Source of the DNA: Flavobacteriaceae bacterium
GTDB taxonomy: Bacteria; Bacteroidota; Bacteroidia; Flavobacteriales; Flavobacteriaceae
Assembly (NCBI GenBank): GCA_017857815.1
Contig: JAFMCL010000008.1
Location: 1,774-65,773 of the forward strand
DNA length: 64,000 nt
Direction: 5' to 3'
Each line of letters begins with the position of its first letter. Position 1 is the stretch's first letter. The position numbers and the translations under genes are program-made. The notes beneath the pieces were generated by a model. The model made no database searches and was not told the origin of the DNA. It saw nothing but the letters and a program-made list of their open reading frames with translations. Shown piece by piece: positions 1 to 8,505 of the stretch.

Positions 1-15
1 ATATCACTTGGCCAG

Positions 16-534
16 CTATCTAAAATTTTGTGTCGAAAAGCCTTTACCCTCCAAATCAAATGCCAACCCGATTCCCAAAAAAGTAAAATCGCCTAGGATA
101 TTTTTATAATGGGGTGAACTGTTTTTCCAGCCTTGCACCAAGCAGCTACTAAAAGCTTCCTCTGAACGCGTATCTCCACAGCCTGTGATATTTTCAAACC
201 AAGGTGTCATCGCAATGTTTTCAGAAATTCCAACATATTGATTTCCCTTTTTTACCCAAGGATTAATCCCCATTTTTTTTGCACGTGTTATTGGATTAAG
301 TCCCTCGTGGTCTGTATGAGAATAGAACTTGTGTTTTACCATATTCTCACTGTGATGCTGCGCCAAGCGCATCAAGCTGTCAAGAAGTAGTAATTTGGGA
401 AGCCCTTTTTCAACCCTCAAATCATTGGTCTTTTCGAAAATCATTTGTCTCAGAAGGGCGATGTCTTCCTGTGCGCTAGCAAGGTTTTGGTAGATAAATA
501 GAATAAAAAATAATACAATTGTTTTTTTAAACAT
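16..534 (-). CDS. CAP (SCP/Tpx-1/Ag5/PR-1) domain secreted protein
   Basis: Motifs TNDLRVEKGL, HSENM..FYSH, SENIA and W.NS.PHYKNI. A signal peptide begins at ATG 534 (MFKKTIVLFF), preferred over the ORF-track start at 573. Confidence 0.85.
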   Translation of the reverse strand: MFKKTIVLFFILFIYQNLASAQEDIALLRQMIFEKTNDLRVEKGLPKLLLLDSLMRLAQHHSENMVKHKFYSHTDHEGLNPITRAKKMGINPWVKKGNQYVGISENIAMTPWFENITGCGDTRSEEAFSSCLVQGWKNSSPHYKNILGDFTFLGIGLAFDLEGKGFSTQNFR

Positions 535-600
535 AATGAGGTTATTTAAGTAGGGTTGGTATCCTTCGCTCAAAATTAGACAATTATCATACGGAATCCC

Positions 601-608
601 TACTTTTG
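601..608 (+). promoter_or_regulatory. Bacteroidota sigma-A -7 box (TACTTTTG) for rbfA-lolE
   Basis: Exact TAnnTTTG match, 6 nt before the rbfA ATG. Confidence 0.65.
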
Positions 609-614
609 TTTAAC

Positions 615-1016
615 ATGGCAATAGAAGAAACTCCCAGACAGAAAAAAATTGGAACCGCATTACAGCAAGAAATGGCGAATATGCTACAACAGGCGATACG
701 CGATCAAGGCGTCGCAAATTTAGTACTATCCGTTACAAAGGTTACGGTGACTGTAGACCTTTCTCTCGCAAGAATATACCTTAGTATTTTTCCTAAAAAT
801 AATGCTGATAATTATCTTGAAGGCATAAAAGGAAATGCTTTTCAAATCAAGCATGACATGGCACAACGAATGAAAAATCAGTTGCGCCGCATGCCCGAGT
901 TTTCTTTTTATCTCGATGATTCTCTAGACTATATTGAGGCTATTGACGATGCTCTTAATCGTCCTGAAGACCCCATTAACAATCCAGAAATACTTGCTAA
1001 AAGAAAAAAAATATAA
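615..1016 (+). CDS. rbfA: 30S ribosome-binding factor A
   Basis: RQKKIG, VTKVTVTVDLSLARIYLS and QLRRMPEFSFYLDDSLDY motifs. ATG at 615. Confidence 0.95.
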   Translation: MAIEETPRQKKIGTALQQEMANMLQQAIRDQGVANLVLSVTKVTVTVDLSLARIYLSIFPKNNADNYLEGIKGNAFQIKHDMAQRMKNQLRRMPEFSFYLDDSLDYIEAIDDALNRPEDPINNPEILAKRKKI

Positions 1017-1020
1017 TCCA

Positions 1021-2226
1021 ATGAAGGTGGCATTCAAAATTGCATGGCGCTACTTTTTTTCTAAAAGCCGACAAACGATAATCAACCGAATTAATGCCAT
1101 TGCTCTAGTCGTAATCGTCGTTGCCACTGCTTCTCTTTTAGTTGTCTTAAGCGCTTTTTCTGGGCTAAAAGATTTTGGGCTCTCGTTTTCAAATGCTTTT
1201 GATCCTGACCATAGGGTTACTCCTGTTCTGGGGAAAACATTAACCCTCGATTCCATCGCTTTAAACCAGCTTCATTCAATTAGTGAAATAAAAGATTTCG
1301 CCCCAATTCTCGAGGAAAAAGTGTTTTTATCTTTTGAAGAAAAAAACCAAGTTGCTTATCTCAAAGGTGTAGGAAATGATTACCTCAAAGTAATTCCTGG
1401 AGATTCTCTTGTAGCAATCGGCGAATGGCTTGTTCCAGAAACAAATGGTGTGGTTGTTGGTTATGGAATTGCAAGTGCGCTTAGTCTTGGCATATATGAC
1501 TACAGCTCCTTTCTAAACATTAGCATTCCCAGAAATAAAACAAAATCAACATTTGGGAATAGTCCTTTCCAAAGTGTTTCGTCTGTTGTTATTGGACTTT
1601 ATCAAATAAGTGAAGATCTCGACAAGAAGTACGTTTTTACACCTATGGCATTTGCGCAAGAATTACTTCAGTATCCCGAAGGTGTCTATTCGGCAATTGA
1701 ACTCAAAACAAAACCGGAAACCGACATTAAGCAATTAAAGCAAAAAATTGAAAAAATCCTTGGGAAGGAAGTTGTTGTCAGGGACAGAATTCAATTAAAT
1801 GCCGCGCTTTACAAAATGCTAAACACAGAGAATTTGTTTATCTACCTCATCTTTACGCTGGTTCTCATTATTGCTTTCTTTAATGTTGTCGGTGCTTTGA
1901 TCATGATGATCCTTGATAAAAAACCACAAATGCGAATCCTTGTAGCAATGGGGGCTAGACCCAAAAATTTAAGACTAGTTTTCTTTTTATTGGGCATGAT
2001 AATTACGGTCATAGGTGGACTGGTTGGAATAACTTCCGCCAGTATATTGATTGCCATCCAATCTGCGGCTCCGTTTCTTTATGTCCCTGGAACTTCTTTA
2101 CCGTATCCCGTTAGTCTTGAATTTAAAAACCTAATCCTTGTGTTTTTTACACTCGTATTGTTGGGTAGTATTGCCTCCTCGTGGGCCAGCCGTGGTGTTG
2201 GGAGTAAAAGCCTAGGGGAAAATTAA
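1021..2226 (+). CDS. LolC/E-type (FtsX/MacB family) ABC transporter permease
   Basis: N-terminal IAWRYFFSK + TM, large periplasmic loop, three C-terminal TMs (IIAFFNVVGALIMMILDK..YPV). ATG at 1021 directly after rbfA. Confidence 0.85.
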   Translation: MKVAFKIAWRYFFSKSRQTIINRINAIALVVIVVATASLLVVLSAFSGLKDFGLSFSNAFDPDHRVTPVLGKTLTLDSIALNQLHSISEIKDFAPILEEKVFLSFEEKNQVAYLKGVGNDYLKVIPGDSLVAIGEWLVPETNGVVVGYGIASALSLGIYDYSSFLNISIPRNKTKSTFGNSPFQSVSSVVIGLYQISEDLDKKYVFTPMAFAQELLQYPEGVYSAIELKTKPETDIKQLKQKIEKILGKEVVVRDRIQLNAALYKMLNTENLFIYLIFTLVLIIAFFNVVGALIMMILDKKPQMRILVAMGARPKNLRLVFFLLGMIITVIGGLVGITSASILIAIQSAAPFLYVPGTSLPYPVSLEFKNLILVFFTLVLLGSIASSWASRGVGSKSLGEN

Positions 2227-3215
2227 ACCCATTCAAGATCTTGAACCTCGTTTAAAACACGATCAAATGCTGCAAAAACATCATTTGCATCATCAGAAGT
2301 TACCATCGCTGTTCGATAAGGTTTAAAATTAGGAATGCCTTTAAAATAGTTGGTATAATGTCTACGAGTTTCCAAAACACCTAAAATTTCACCCTTCCAA
2401 TCGATGGCCATTTCAAGGTGGCGGCGCGCGACGGCAACGCGCTCTTTTAATGTGGGTGGGGAAAGATGTTCTCCTGTCTTTATAAAATGTTTTACCTGGT
2501 TAAAAAACCAAGGATTTCCGATACTAGCCCTTCCAATCATTGCCCCATCAAGCCCATATCGATCTCGCATTTCAATTGCTCTTTCTGGAGAATGAACATC
2601 TCCGTTTCCAAAGATCGGAATATGCATTCTGGGGTTGTTTTTTACTGCAGCAATGGGCGCCCAATCAGCATCTCCTTTGTACATTTGAGCGCGGGTTCTC
2701 CCATGAATTGAGATGGCCTTTGCACCAGCGTCTTGAAGTCTTTCCGCAACCTCAACAATCTTAATTGATTCGTGGTCCCAACCCAATCTGGTTTTGATGG
2801 TTAGCGGCAGGTGGGTTCTTTTAGCCATTTCCTCAGTTAACTTAACCATTAGGGGAATGTCTTTTAGAATTCCAGCCCCAGCGCCTTTGCTAACCACTTT
2901 TTTTACCGGACAACCAAAGTTGATGTCAATAATATCCGGTTTTGATGCCTCGACAATTTCCACGGAGCGCAGCATGGAGTCCAAGTTGGCTCCAAAAATC
3001 TGTATTCCAACAGGACGTTCTTTTTCGTAAATGTCTAATTTTTGAACGCTCTTCGCCGCATCTCTAATTAATCCTTCACTAGAGATAAACTCAGTGTAGA
3101 CTACGTCTGCGCCGTTTTCTTTACAAAGTGCACGAAAGGGCGGATCACTGACATCCTCCATGGGCGCTAGTAAAAGAGGAAATGTTCCAACCGATAAATC
3201 ACCAATTTTAACCAC
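2223..3215 (-). CDS. dusB: tRNA-dihydrouridine synthase DusB
   Basis: LAPMED, DINFGCP, IHGRTR, GNGD and MIGRA motifs. Confidence 0.92.
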   Translation of the reverse strand: MVKIGDLSVGTFPLLLAPMEDVSDPPFRALCKENGADVVYTEFISSEGLIRDAAKSVQKLDIYEKERPVGIQIFGANLDSMLRSVEIVEASKPDIIDINFGCPVKKVVSKGAGAGILKDIPLMVKLTEEMAKRTHLPLTIKTRLGWDHESIKIVEVAERLQDAGAKAISIHGRTRAQMYKGDADWAPIAAVKNNPRMHIPIFGNGDVHSPERAIEMRDRYGLDGAMIGRASIGNPWFFNQVKHFIKTGEHLSPPTLKERVAVARRHLEMAIDWKGEILGVLETRRHYTNYFKGIPNFKPYRTAMVTSDDANDVFAAFDRVLNEVQDLEWV

Positions 3216-3263
3216 TTCTATTTTTTTACAAAAGTAACAAAAAGACTATCGATAGCAACAAGC

Positions 3264-4133
3264 TTATTTTAAGTCAAAGGTGGTGGTGATATTGCTAACA
3301 AAATCTGTGTCCCAAATTTCGGAAACAACCCCATTGTCTAAATAATAAATTCGCGGTGGAGAATCGCCAATTAGATCAAAAAATTGATTTACATCAATAA
3401 AGTCATACGGAAAAGAGGACTGAGTAAGTGTTTCAAATTCTGAAACTGTCGTTGCACCTTCTTGATAAAAAAGAATATACAGATCCGGAAAGTTTGAGTG
3501 ATTATTCTTGAGTTTTCCTAATTCAACTGCAGCCTCCTGGCAATGTTCACAATCGAGATTAAAAATTGCGACCAAATTTTTACCGTTGGTCAGGTCTACT
3601 CGGCCTTTAGGCTCAAACTTTGTAAACGTTTCAAAAGGGAAGTCCTCGTGGTTGGGCATGGGCAAAATGAACCACATGCTCAAAATGGTGATTGACATAA
3701 ACCCTAAAACAATTGATTTAGAAATCGTTTTAACTTTTGCATATTTAAAAATCACAAAAGCAACAATCAACATTAAAATGTTTTTTATAATCGATTGTTC
3801 GGGTGTCATGGAGATCATTTCGCCAAAACATCCACAATTTCCAGTATCGCCAATAGCCCACAAATAAATCAGGTGGGCAGTAAATCCACCCAATAAAACA
3901 AAAGTAAATCGCATCAATTGTTTGGCGTAGTAAGGCAAAATAATCAATACTCCTAGCCCAAATTCTAGCCCAATAAAAAACCGTGCCATGTACCCAGCGA
4001 GTGCTCTATTGGCAGCAAGTCCTTGGTCCATCAAAGTAATTTCAAAAAAGCCGGGACCAACCGCTTTAGTATAGGCAGAAAATAAAAATGTAACGCCTAA
4101 TAATATTTGAAGAATTCGAGTTAACTGTTTCAT
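3264..4133 (-). CDS. MauE/DoxX-family membrane protein fused to a thioredoxin-like domain
   Basis: Five TMs with a CGCFG motif; C-terminal soluble domain with CEHC and a SPPR cis-Pro region. Confidence 0.75.
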   Translation of the reverse strand: MKQLTRILQILLGVTFLFSAYTKAVGPGFFEITLMDQGLAANRALAGYMARFFIGLEFGLGVLIILPYYAKQLMRFTFVLLGGFTAHLIYLWAIGDTGNCGCFGEMISMTPEQSIIKNILMLIVAFVIFKYAKVKTISKSIVLGFMSITILSMWFILPMPNHEDFPFETFTKFEPKGRVDLTNGKNLVAIFNLDCEHCQEAAVELGKLKNNHSNFPDLYILFYQEGATTVSEFETLTQSSFPYDFIDVNQFFDLIGDSPPRIYYLDNGVVSEIWDTDFVSNITTTFDLK

Positions 4134-4201
4134 ATCGTAATAAATTTCCTTGTTAAAATTAACTTTTCTAAACTAAACAAAAAAGCAACCTTACAAATAA
4201 G

Positions 4202-4209
4202 TATCTTTG
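4202..4209 (+). promoter_or_regulatory. -7 box (TATCTTTG) for lepA
   Basis: Exact TAnnTTTG match 23 nt upstream of the ATG. Confidence 0.65.
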
Positions 4210-4232
4210 CGTCCTATAGATGAAATGAGTTG

Positions 4233-6029
4233 ATGAAACACATCCGAAATTTTTGCATAATTGCCCATATCGATCACGGAAAAAGCACTCTTGCTGATCG
4301 TCTGTTAGACGCAACAGGAGCTGTAACTGATCGTGAAAAACAAAACCAATTGCTTGATAACATGGATTTGGAACGCGAACGGGGTATTACCATTAAATCC
4401 CATGCAATTCAAATGGAATATAACTACAAGGGAGAAACATACGTTTTCAACCTTATAGACACTCCGGGTCACGTAGACTTTTCCTATGAGGTTTCCCGAT
4501 CAATTGCTGCTTGTGAAGGTGCCCTTTTGGTCGTCGATGCTGCGCAAAGCATTCAGGCACAGACAATTTCAAACCTTTATTTGGCTCTTGAAAATGATTT
4601 GGAAATTATTCCTGTGCTGAATAAAATTGATCTTCCTTCTGCAAACCCTGAAGAGGTTACTGACGATATTGTCGATCTTTTGGGATGTAAACCTGAGGAT
4701 ATTATTCCGGCCTCTGCTAAAACAGGCTTAGGAATCGAAGAAATACTCAATGCAATCGTAGAAAGGGTTCCTGCCCCAAAAGGAAACATAGACGCTCCTT
4801 TACAAGCCCTTATTTTTGATTCTGTATATAATTCTTTTCGAGGGGTTGAAACTTACTTTAGAGTGATTAACGGGCAAATTAGGAAAGGACAAAAAATAAA
4901 ATTTATTGCCACGGGCAAAAGTTATTTTGCTGACGAAATTGGTACTTTAAAATTAAAACAAGATCCTAAAAAAGTAATCTCTGCCGGCGATGTAGGCTAC
5001 CTCATCACGGGAATCAAAGAAGCAAAAGAGGTTAAAGTTGGAGATACTCTAACAGATACTGACCACCCAACCACCGAAATAGTTGCTGGATTTGAAGAGG
5101 TCAAGCCAATGGTTTTTGCAGGTATTTATCCTGTGGATACCGAGGAGTATGAAGACCTGAGGTCTAGTATGGAAAAGCTCCAGCTCAACGATGCTTCCCT
5201 CGTTTTTTTACCCGAAAGTTCGGCAGCACTAGGATTTGGTTTTCGATGTGGTTTCCTTGGAATGCTTCATTTAGAAATAATTCAAGAACGATTAGAGCGT
5301 GAGTTTGACATGACTGTTATCACTACCGTTCCAAATGTTTCCTATCATGCCTTTACTCGAAAAAATCCTGATACGATTATTCCCGTTAACAATCCTTCTG
5401 ACTTGCCTGATCCTTCTTTTATGGAGCGCGTTGAAGAGCCCTATATCAAGGCTTCGATCATTACAAAAGCAGATTTTGTTGGCAATGTGATGTCTTTGTG
5501 TATTGAAAAAAGAGGGGTGATTACCAATCAAACCTATCTAACGACCGAGCGTGTTGAGCTAAGTTTTGATATGCCTTTGGCAGAAATTGTTTTTGATTTT
5601 TATGATCGACTTAAAACCGTTTCGAAGGGCTATGCTTCTTTTGACTATACGCCGATCGGAATGCGAGCCTCAAAATTAGTTAAAGTTGATATTTTACTTA
5701 ATGCGACTCCTGTAGATGCTCTATCCGCCTTAATTCACGCGGACAATGCTTATAACATTGGGAAAAAAATGTGCGAAAAGCTCAGAGAGCTAATCCCAAG
5801 GCAACAGTTTGACATCCCAATCCAAGCAGCTATTGGTGCCAAAATTATTTCTCGTGAAACAATCAAAGCACTTCGTAAAGATGTTACGGCAAAGTGTTAT
5901 GGTGGTGATATTTCCCGAAAAAGAAAACTACTTGAGAAACAGAAAAAAGGTAAAAAGAAAATGCGTCAAGTGGGAAATGTAGAAATTCCTCAGCAAGCGT
6001 TTATGGCCGTTTTAAAGTTGAATGATTAA
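4233..6029 (+). CDS. lepA: Translation elongation factor 4 (LepA)
   Basis: [39 protein letters not shown] and [18 protein letters not shown] motifs. Confidence 0.98.
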   Translation: MKHIRNFCIIAHIDHGKSTLADRLLDATGAVTDREKQNQLLDNMDLERERGITIKSHAIQMEYNYKGETYVFNLIDTPGHVDFSYEVSRSIAACEGALLVVDAAQSIQAQTISNLYLALENDLEIIPVLNKIDLPSANPEEVTDDIVDLLGCKPEDIIPASAKTGLGIEEILNAIVERVPAPKGNIDAPLQALIFDSVYNSFRGVETYFRVINGQIRKGQKIKFIATGKSYFADEIGTLKLKQDPKKVISAGDVGYLITGIKEAKEVKVGDTLTDTDHPTTEIVAGFEEVKPMVFAGIYPVDTEEYEDLRSSMEKLQLNDASLVFLPESSAALGFGFRCGFLGMLHLEIIQERLEREFDMTVITTVPNVSYHAFTRKNPDTIIPVNNPSDLPDPSFMERVEEPYIKASIITKADFVGNVMSLCIEKRGVITNQTYLTTERVELSFDMPLAEIVFDFYDRLKTVSKGYASFDYTPIGMRASKLVKVDILLNATPVDALSALIHADNAYNIGKKMCEKLRELIPRQQFDIPIQAAIGAKIISRETIKALRKDVTAKCYGGDISRKRKLLEKQKKGKKKMRQVGNVEIPQQAFMAVLKLND

Positions 6030-6891
6030 ATTTACTCCTATTAAACCGCATCTTAAGCTTTCTGTTTTTTATCTTTTGTGTTTAACTCAGCATCTGTTTG
6101 CTCAAATCCCTGAGTCTACAGTTGAGGGGCAAAAAGTTCCCCAATCACAAATTAAAAAAAAGGGTAAACTCTATTTTTATTGGGGTTGGAATAGGGGTGC
6201 ATATTCCAAATCTGACCTCCGGTTTAAGGGAGAAGGTTATGATTTTACGCTCAATGATGTTGTTGCAAAAGATCGGCAGACAAAGTTTAGCCTGGACAGT
6301 TATCTAAATCCTGGAAATATAACACTACCTCAATTTAATGCTCGAATAGGATATTTCTTTAAAAACAATTGGGACATCTCCGTTGGTACAGATCACATGA
6401 AATATGTCGTTCAGACACAACAAACAGTAAGGATTTCAGGAAACATAAACAACTCCAATTCTCCATATAACGGATCGTACAACAATGATGACATTGTGTT
6501 GACTGAAGACTTCTTGTCTTTTGAACACACCGATGGTCTTAACTTTGTAAGTGCTGAAATCAAACGTTTTGATAATATTCTTGATTTAAATAAAGTTCAA
6601 GTCAACCTAACGGAAGGTTTCGGTTTAGGGTTTCTCCTCCCAAGAACCAATTCAATGCTGTTAAGCAAAGAACGATATGACGCGTATCATTTGTCTGGTT
6701 ATGGAATCAGCTCAATGGTCGGTCTTAACTTTTCTTTTTTTGAAAAATTCTTCGTCCAGACTGAGTTCAAGGGCGGGTACATTAGTATGCCCAATATTAG
6801 GACGACAAACTCCAAAGCGGACAGCGCCAGTCAGGGATTCTTTTTTAGAGAAATTACATTATTATTTGGTGGTATAATCAACCTTAATTAA
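6022..6891 (+). CDS. Conserved Bacteroidota hypothetical exported/outer-membrane beta-barrel protein
   Basis: Signal peptide, [19 protein letters not shown] and FEHTDGLN motifs, alternating beta-strands. Overlaps the lepA stop by 8 nt. Confidence 0.6.
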   Translation: MIKFTPIKPHLKLSVFYLLCLTQHLFAQIPESTVEGQKVPQSQIKKKGKLYFYWGWNRGAYSKSDLRFKGEGYDFTLNDVVAKDRQTKFSLDSYLNPGNITLPQFNARIGYFFKNNWDISVGTDHMKYVVQTQQTVRISGNINNSNSPYNGSYNNDDIVLTEDFLSFEHTDGLNFVSAEIKRFDNILDLNKVQVNLTEGFGLGFLLPRTNSMLLSKERYDAYHLSGYGISSMVGLNFSFFEKFFVQTEFKGGYISMPNIRTTNSKADSASQGFFFREITLLFGGIINLN

Positions 6892-6942
6892 AGGGCTTTA
6901 AAGCAATTGTACAGTGCGTTTTTTTAATCCCATCGCTTTTAG

Positions 6943-6950
6943 TAATTTTG
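6943..6950 (+). promoter_or_regulatory. -7 box (TAATTTTG) for the Cys-motif ORF / barrel operon
   Basis: Exact TAnnTTTG match upstream of TTG codons at 6961 and 6970. Confidence 0.6.
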
Positions 6951-6960
6951 TTTTACTTAC

Positions 6961-7344
6961 TTGCAAATCTTGAAAAAAACAACCTGTCTCATTCTTTTAA
7001 GTGTTTTTTGCTTTTCACTGTTAAAGCCTATCTTACCCTATTTTGAATATGTTTTAGATTATGACTATATCGCCACAATTCTTTGTATAAATAATGAAAA
7101 ACCTGAATTAAAGTGTAATGGAAAGTGCTATTTAAAGGATCAGCTATCCAAAGTAAACAATAGCGGTGAAAAGGACAATCAAAGCCGGCCCAAAATTGAA
7201 TTTAAAAAGTTTGTTTTCAATGAATATAATTCTTTTAGGTTAAATGGCGTTTATCGATTATTAGATAAAAAAAGGGTTTGGATACTTCCAATTTCTATCT
7301 ATTCGAGTTGGTTAAAAACCATTGTCCCTCCTCCCAAAAGTTAG
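6961..7344 (+). CDS. Small membrane-anchored Cys-motif protein (C-x-N-x3-P-x3-C-x-G-K-C-Y-L) ending in PPP; candidate regulatory leader ORF
   Basis: N-terminal hydrophobic segment, CINNEKPELKCNGKCYL, C-terminal IVPPPKS. Start may be TTG 6970. Confidence 0.7.
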   Translation: MQILKKTTCLILLSVFCFSLLKPILPYFEYVLDYDYIATILCINNEKPELKCNGKCYLKDQLSKVNNSGEKDNQSRPKIEFKKFVFNEYNSFRLNGVYRLLDKKRVWILPISIYSSWLKTIVPPPKS

Positions 7345-7408
7345 TTAAACCAATCGTTTGCCTTTCAGTGGGCAATGAAATTCTTACATCACTTTCGGTT
7401 TAATTAAT
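7340..7408 (+). promoter_or_regulatory. Putative mRNA secondary structure linking the leader-ORF stop to the downstream initiation region
   Basis: 7340-7351 (GTTAGTTAAACC) pairs with 7397-7408 (GGTTTAATTAAT): 12 bp including 2 G-U. Inner hairpin TTGCCT/GGGCAA at 7358-7375. Confidence 0.55.
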
Positions 7409-7417
7409 CACTAAATA

Positions 7418-8452
7418 ATGAAAAAAAAACTTTTACCTATTTTCGGGTTACTACTGCTTGTTAGCACCCCTAATCTTGCACAAGACAATTTATGGAGTTC
7501 ATCAAGACCTGATGGTCATGCTCCAATAAGCGTGATGGGAGACCACCTTCACAAGAAAGGAGAGTTTATGCTATCCTATCGATTCATGCAGATGAAAATG
7601 GAAGGCAACCTCTCTTCATCGGAAAGCATAAGCAATTTGGATATATATCAAAACTATATGGTTGCTCCTCAGGCAATGCACATGAAAATGCACATGTTAG
7701 GTTTCATGTTTGCACCTTCAAACAAGCTTACCCTTATGTTAATGTTTAATTTCCTTAACAATGACATGGATCTAAAAACAAAAATTGGGGTCGATTTTAC
7801 AACAAAATCTTCTGGTTTTAGCGATCTAAAGTTTGGCGGTTTGCTCAAGCTGTGGAACAAAAACAAACAGACTTTACATGCTAATTTTGGACTGTCCCTC
7901 CCGACAGGAAATATTGATCAGCGCGATGATACTCCTATGATGGCAAACTCCCCTTTGGCCTATTCCATGCAGTTAGGGAGTGGCACAGTTGATCCGTTTC
8001 TGGGAGGAACTTATTTGGGTCAGGGAAATAAAAGCTCATGGGGAATTCAGTCTGTTTTTGATTTTAAGTTGGGTGAAAATGCTGAGAGCTACACAAGAGG
8101 GAATCGATTTAATTTTATCAGTTGGTACTCTCTTAAATTAACACAAAATATTAGTGTTTCCAGCAGTTTAAGCTATTCAAAAATTACAAAAATAAAAGGG
8201 AAAGATCCTGATCTAAATCCAATGATGATGCCTTTATTTAATTCTTTAAACTCTGGCAGGACACAATTCGATTTAGGGTTGGGAACTAATTTATACTTCC
8301 CAAAACTTAAAGGAATACGATTCAGTGCTGAAGTAAAGAAACCACTAAGCCAAAGCGTAAGTGGTATCCAAATGAAAAACAAACTTTGCGCTGTTTTTGG
8401 GGTTCAATATGCTTTTGCAAATAAAAGCAAAGCACCCGAGAAAAAGTTGTAA
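7418..8452 (+). CDS. Met/His-rich outer-membrane beta-barrel 'transporter' (MetA-pathway/phenol-degradation-like family), putative metal uptake
   Basis: Signal peptide, RPDGHAPISVMGDHLHKKGEFMLSYRFMQMKM, MHMKMHM, LSLPTG, MQLGSGT, PMMMP, terminal strand FGVQYAF. Confidence 0.65.
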   Translation: MKKKLLPIFGLLLLVSTPNLAQDNLWSSSRPDGHAPISVMGDHLHKKGEFMLSYRFMQMKMEGNLSSSESISNLDIYQNYMVAPQAMHMKMHMLGFMFAPSNKLTLMLMFNFLNNDMDLKTKIGVDFTTKSSGFSDLKFGGLLKLWNKNKQTLHANFGLSLPTGNIDQRDDTPMMANSPLAYSMQLGSGTVDPFLGGTYLGQGNKSSWGIQSVFDFKLGENAESYTRGNRFNFISWYSLKLTQNISVSSSLSYSKITKIKGKDPDLNPMMMPLFNSLNSGRTQFDLGLGTNLYFPKLKGIRFSAEVKKPLSQSVSGIQMKNKLCAVFGVQYAFANKSKAPEKKL

Positions 8453-8456
8453 GCCC

Positions 8457-8487
8457 AATGGCGGTTAAAAATAATTTAACCGCCATT
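8457..8487. terminator. Bidirectional intrinsic terminator
   Basis: Perfect 13-bp inverted repeat AATGGCGGTTAAA-AATAA-TTTAACCGCCATT between convergent genes. Confidence 0.8.
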
Positions 8488-8505
8488 AATTTTATAGCCC
8501 AAATA

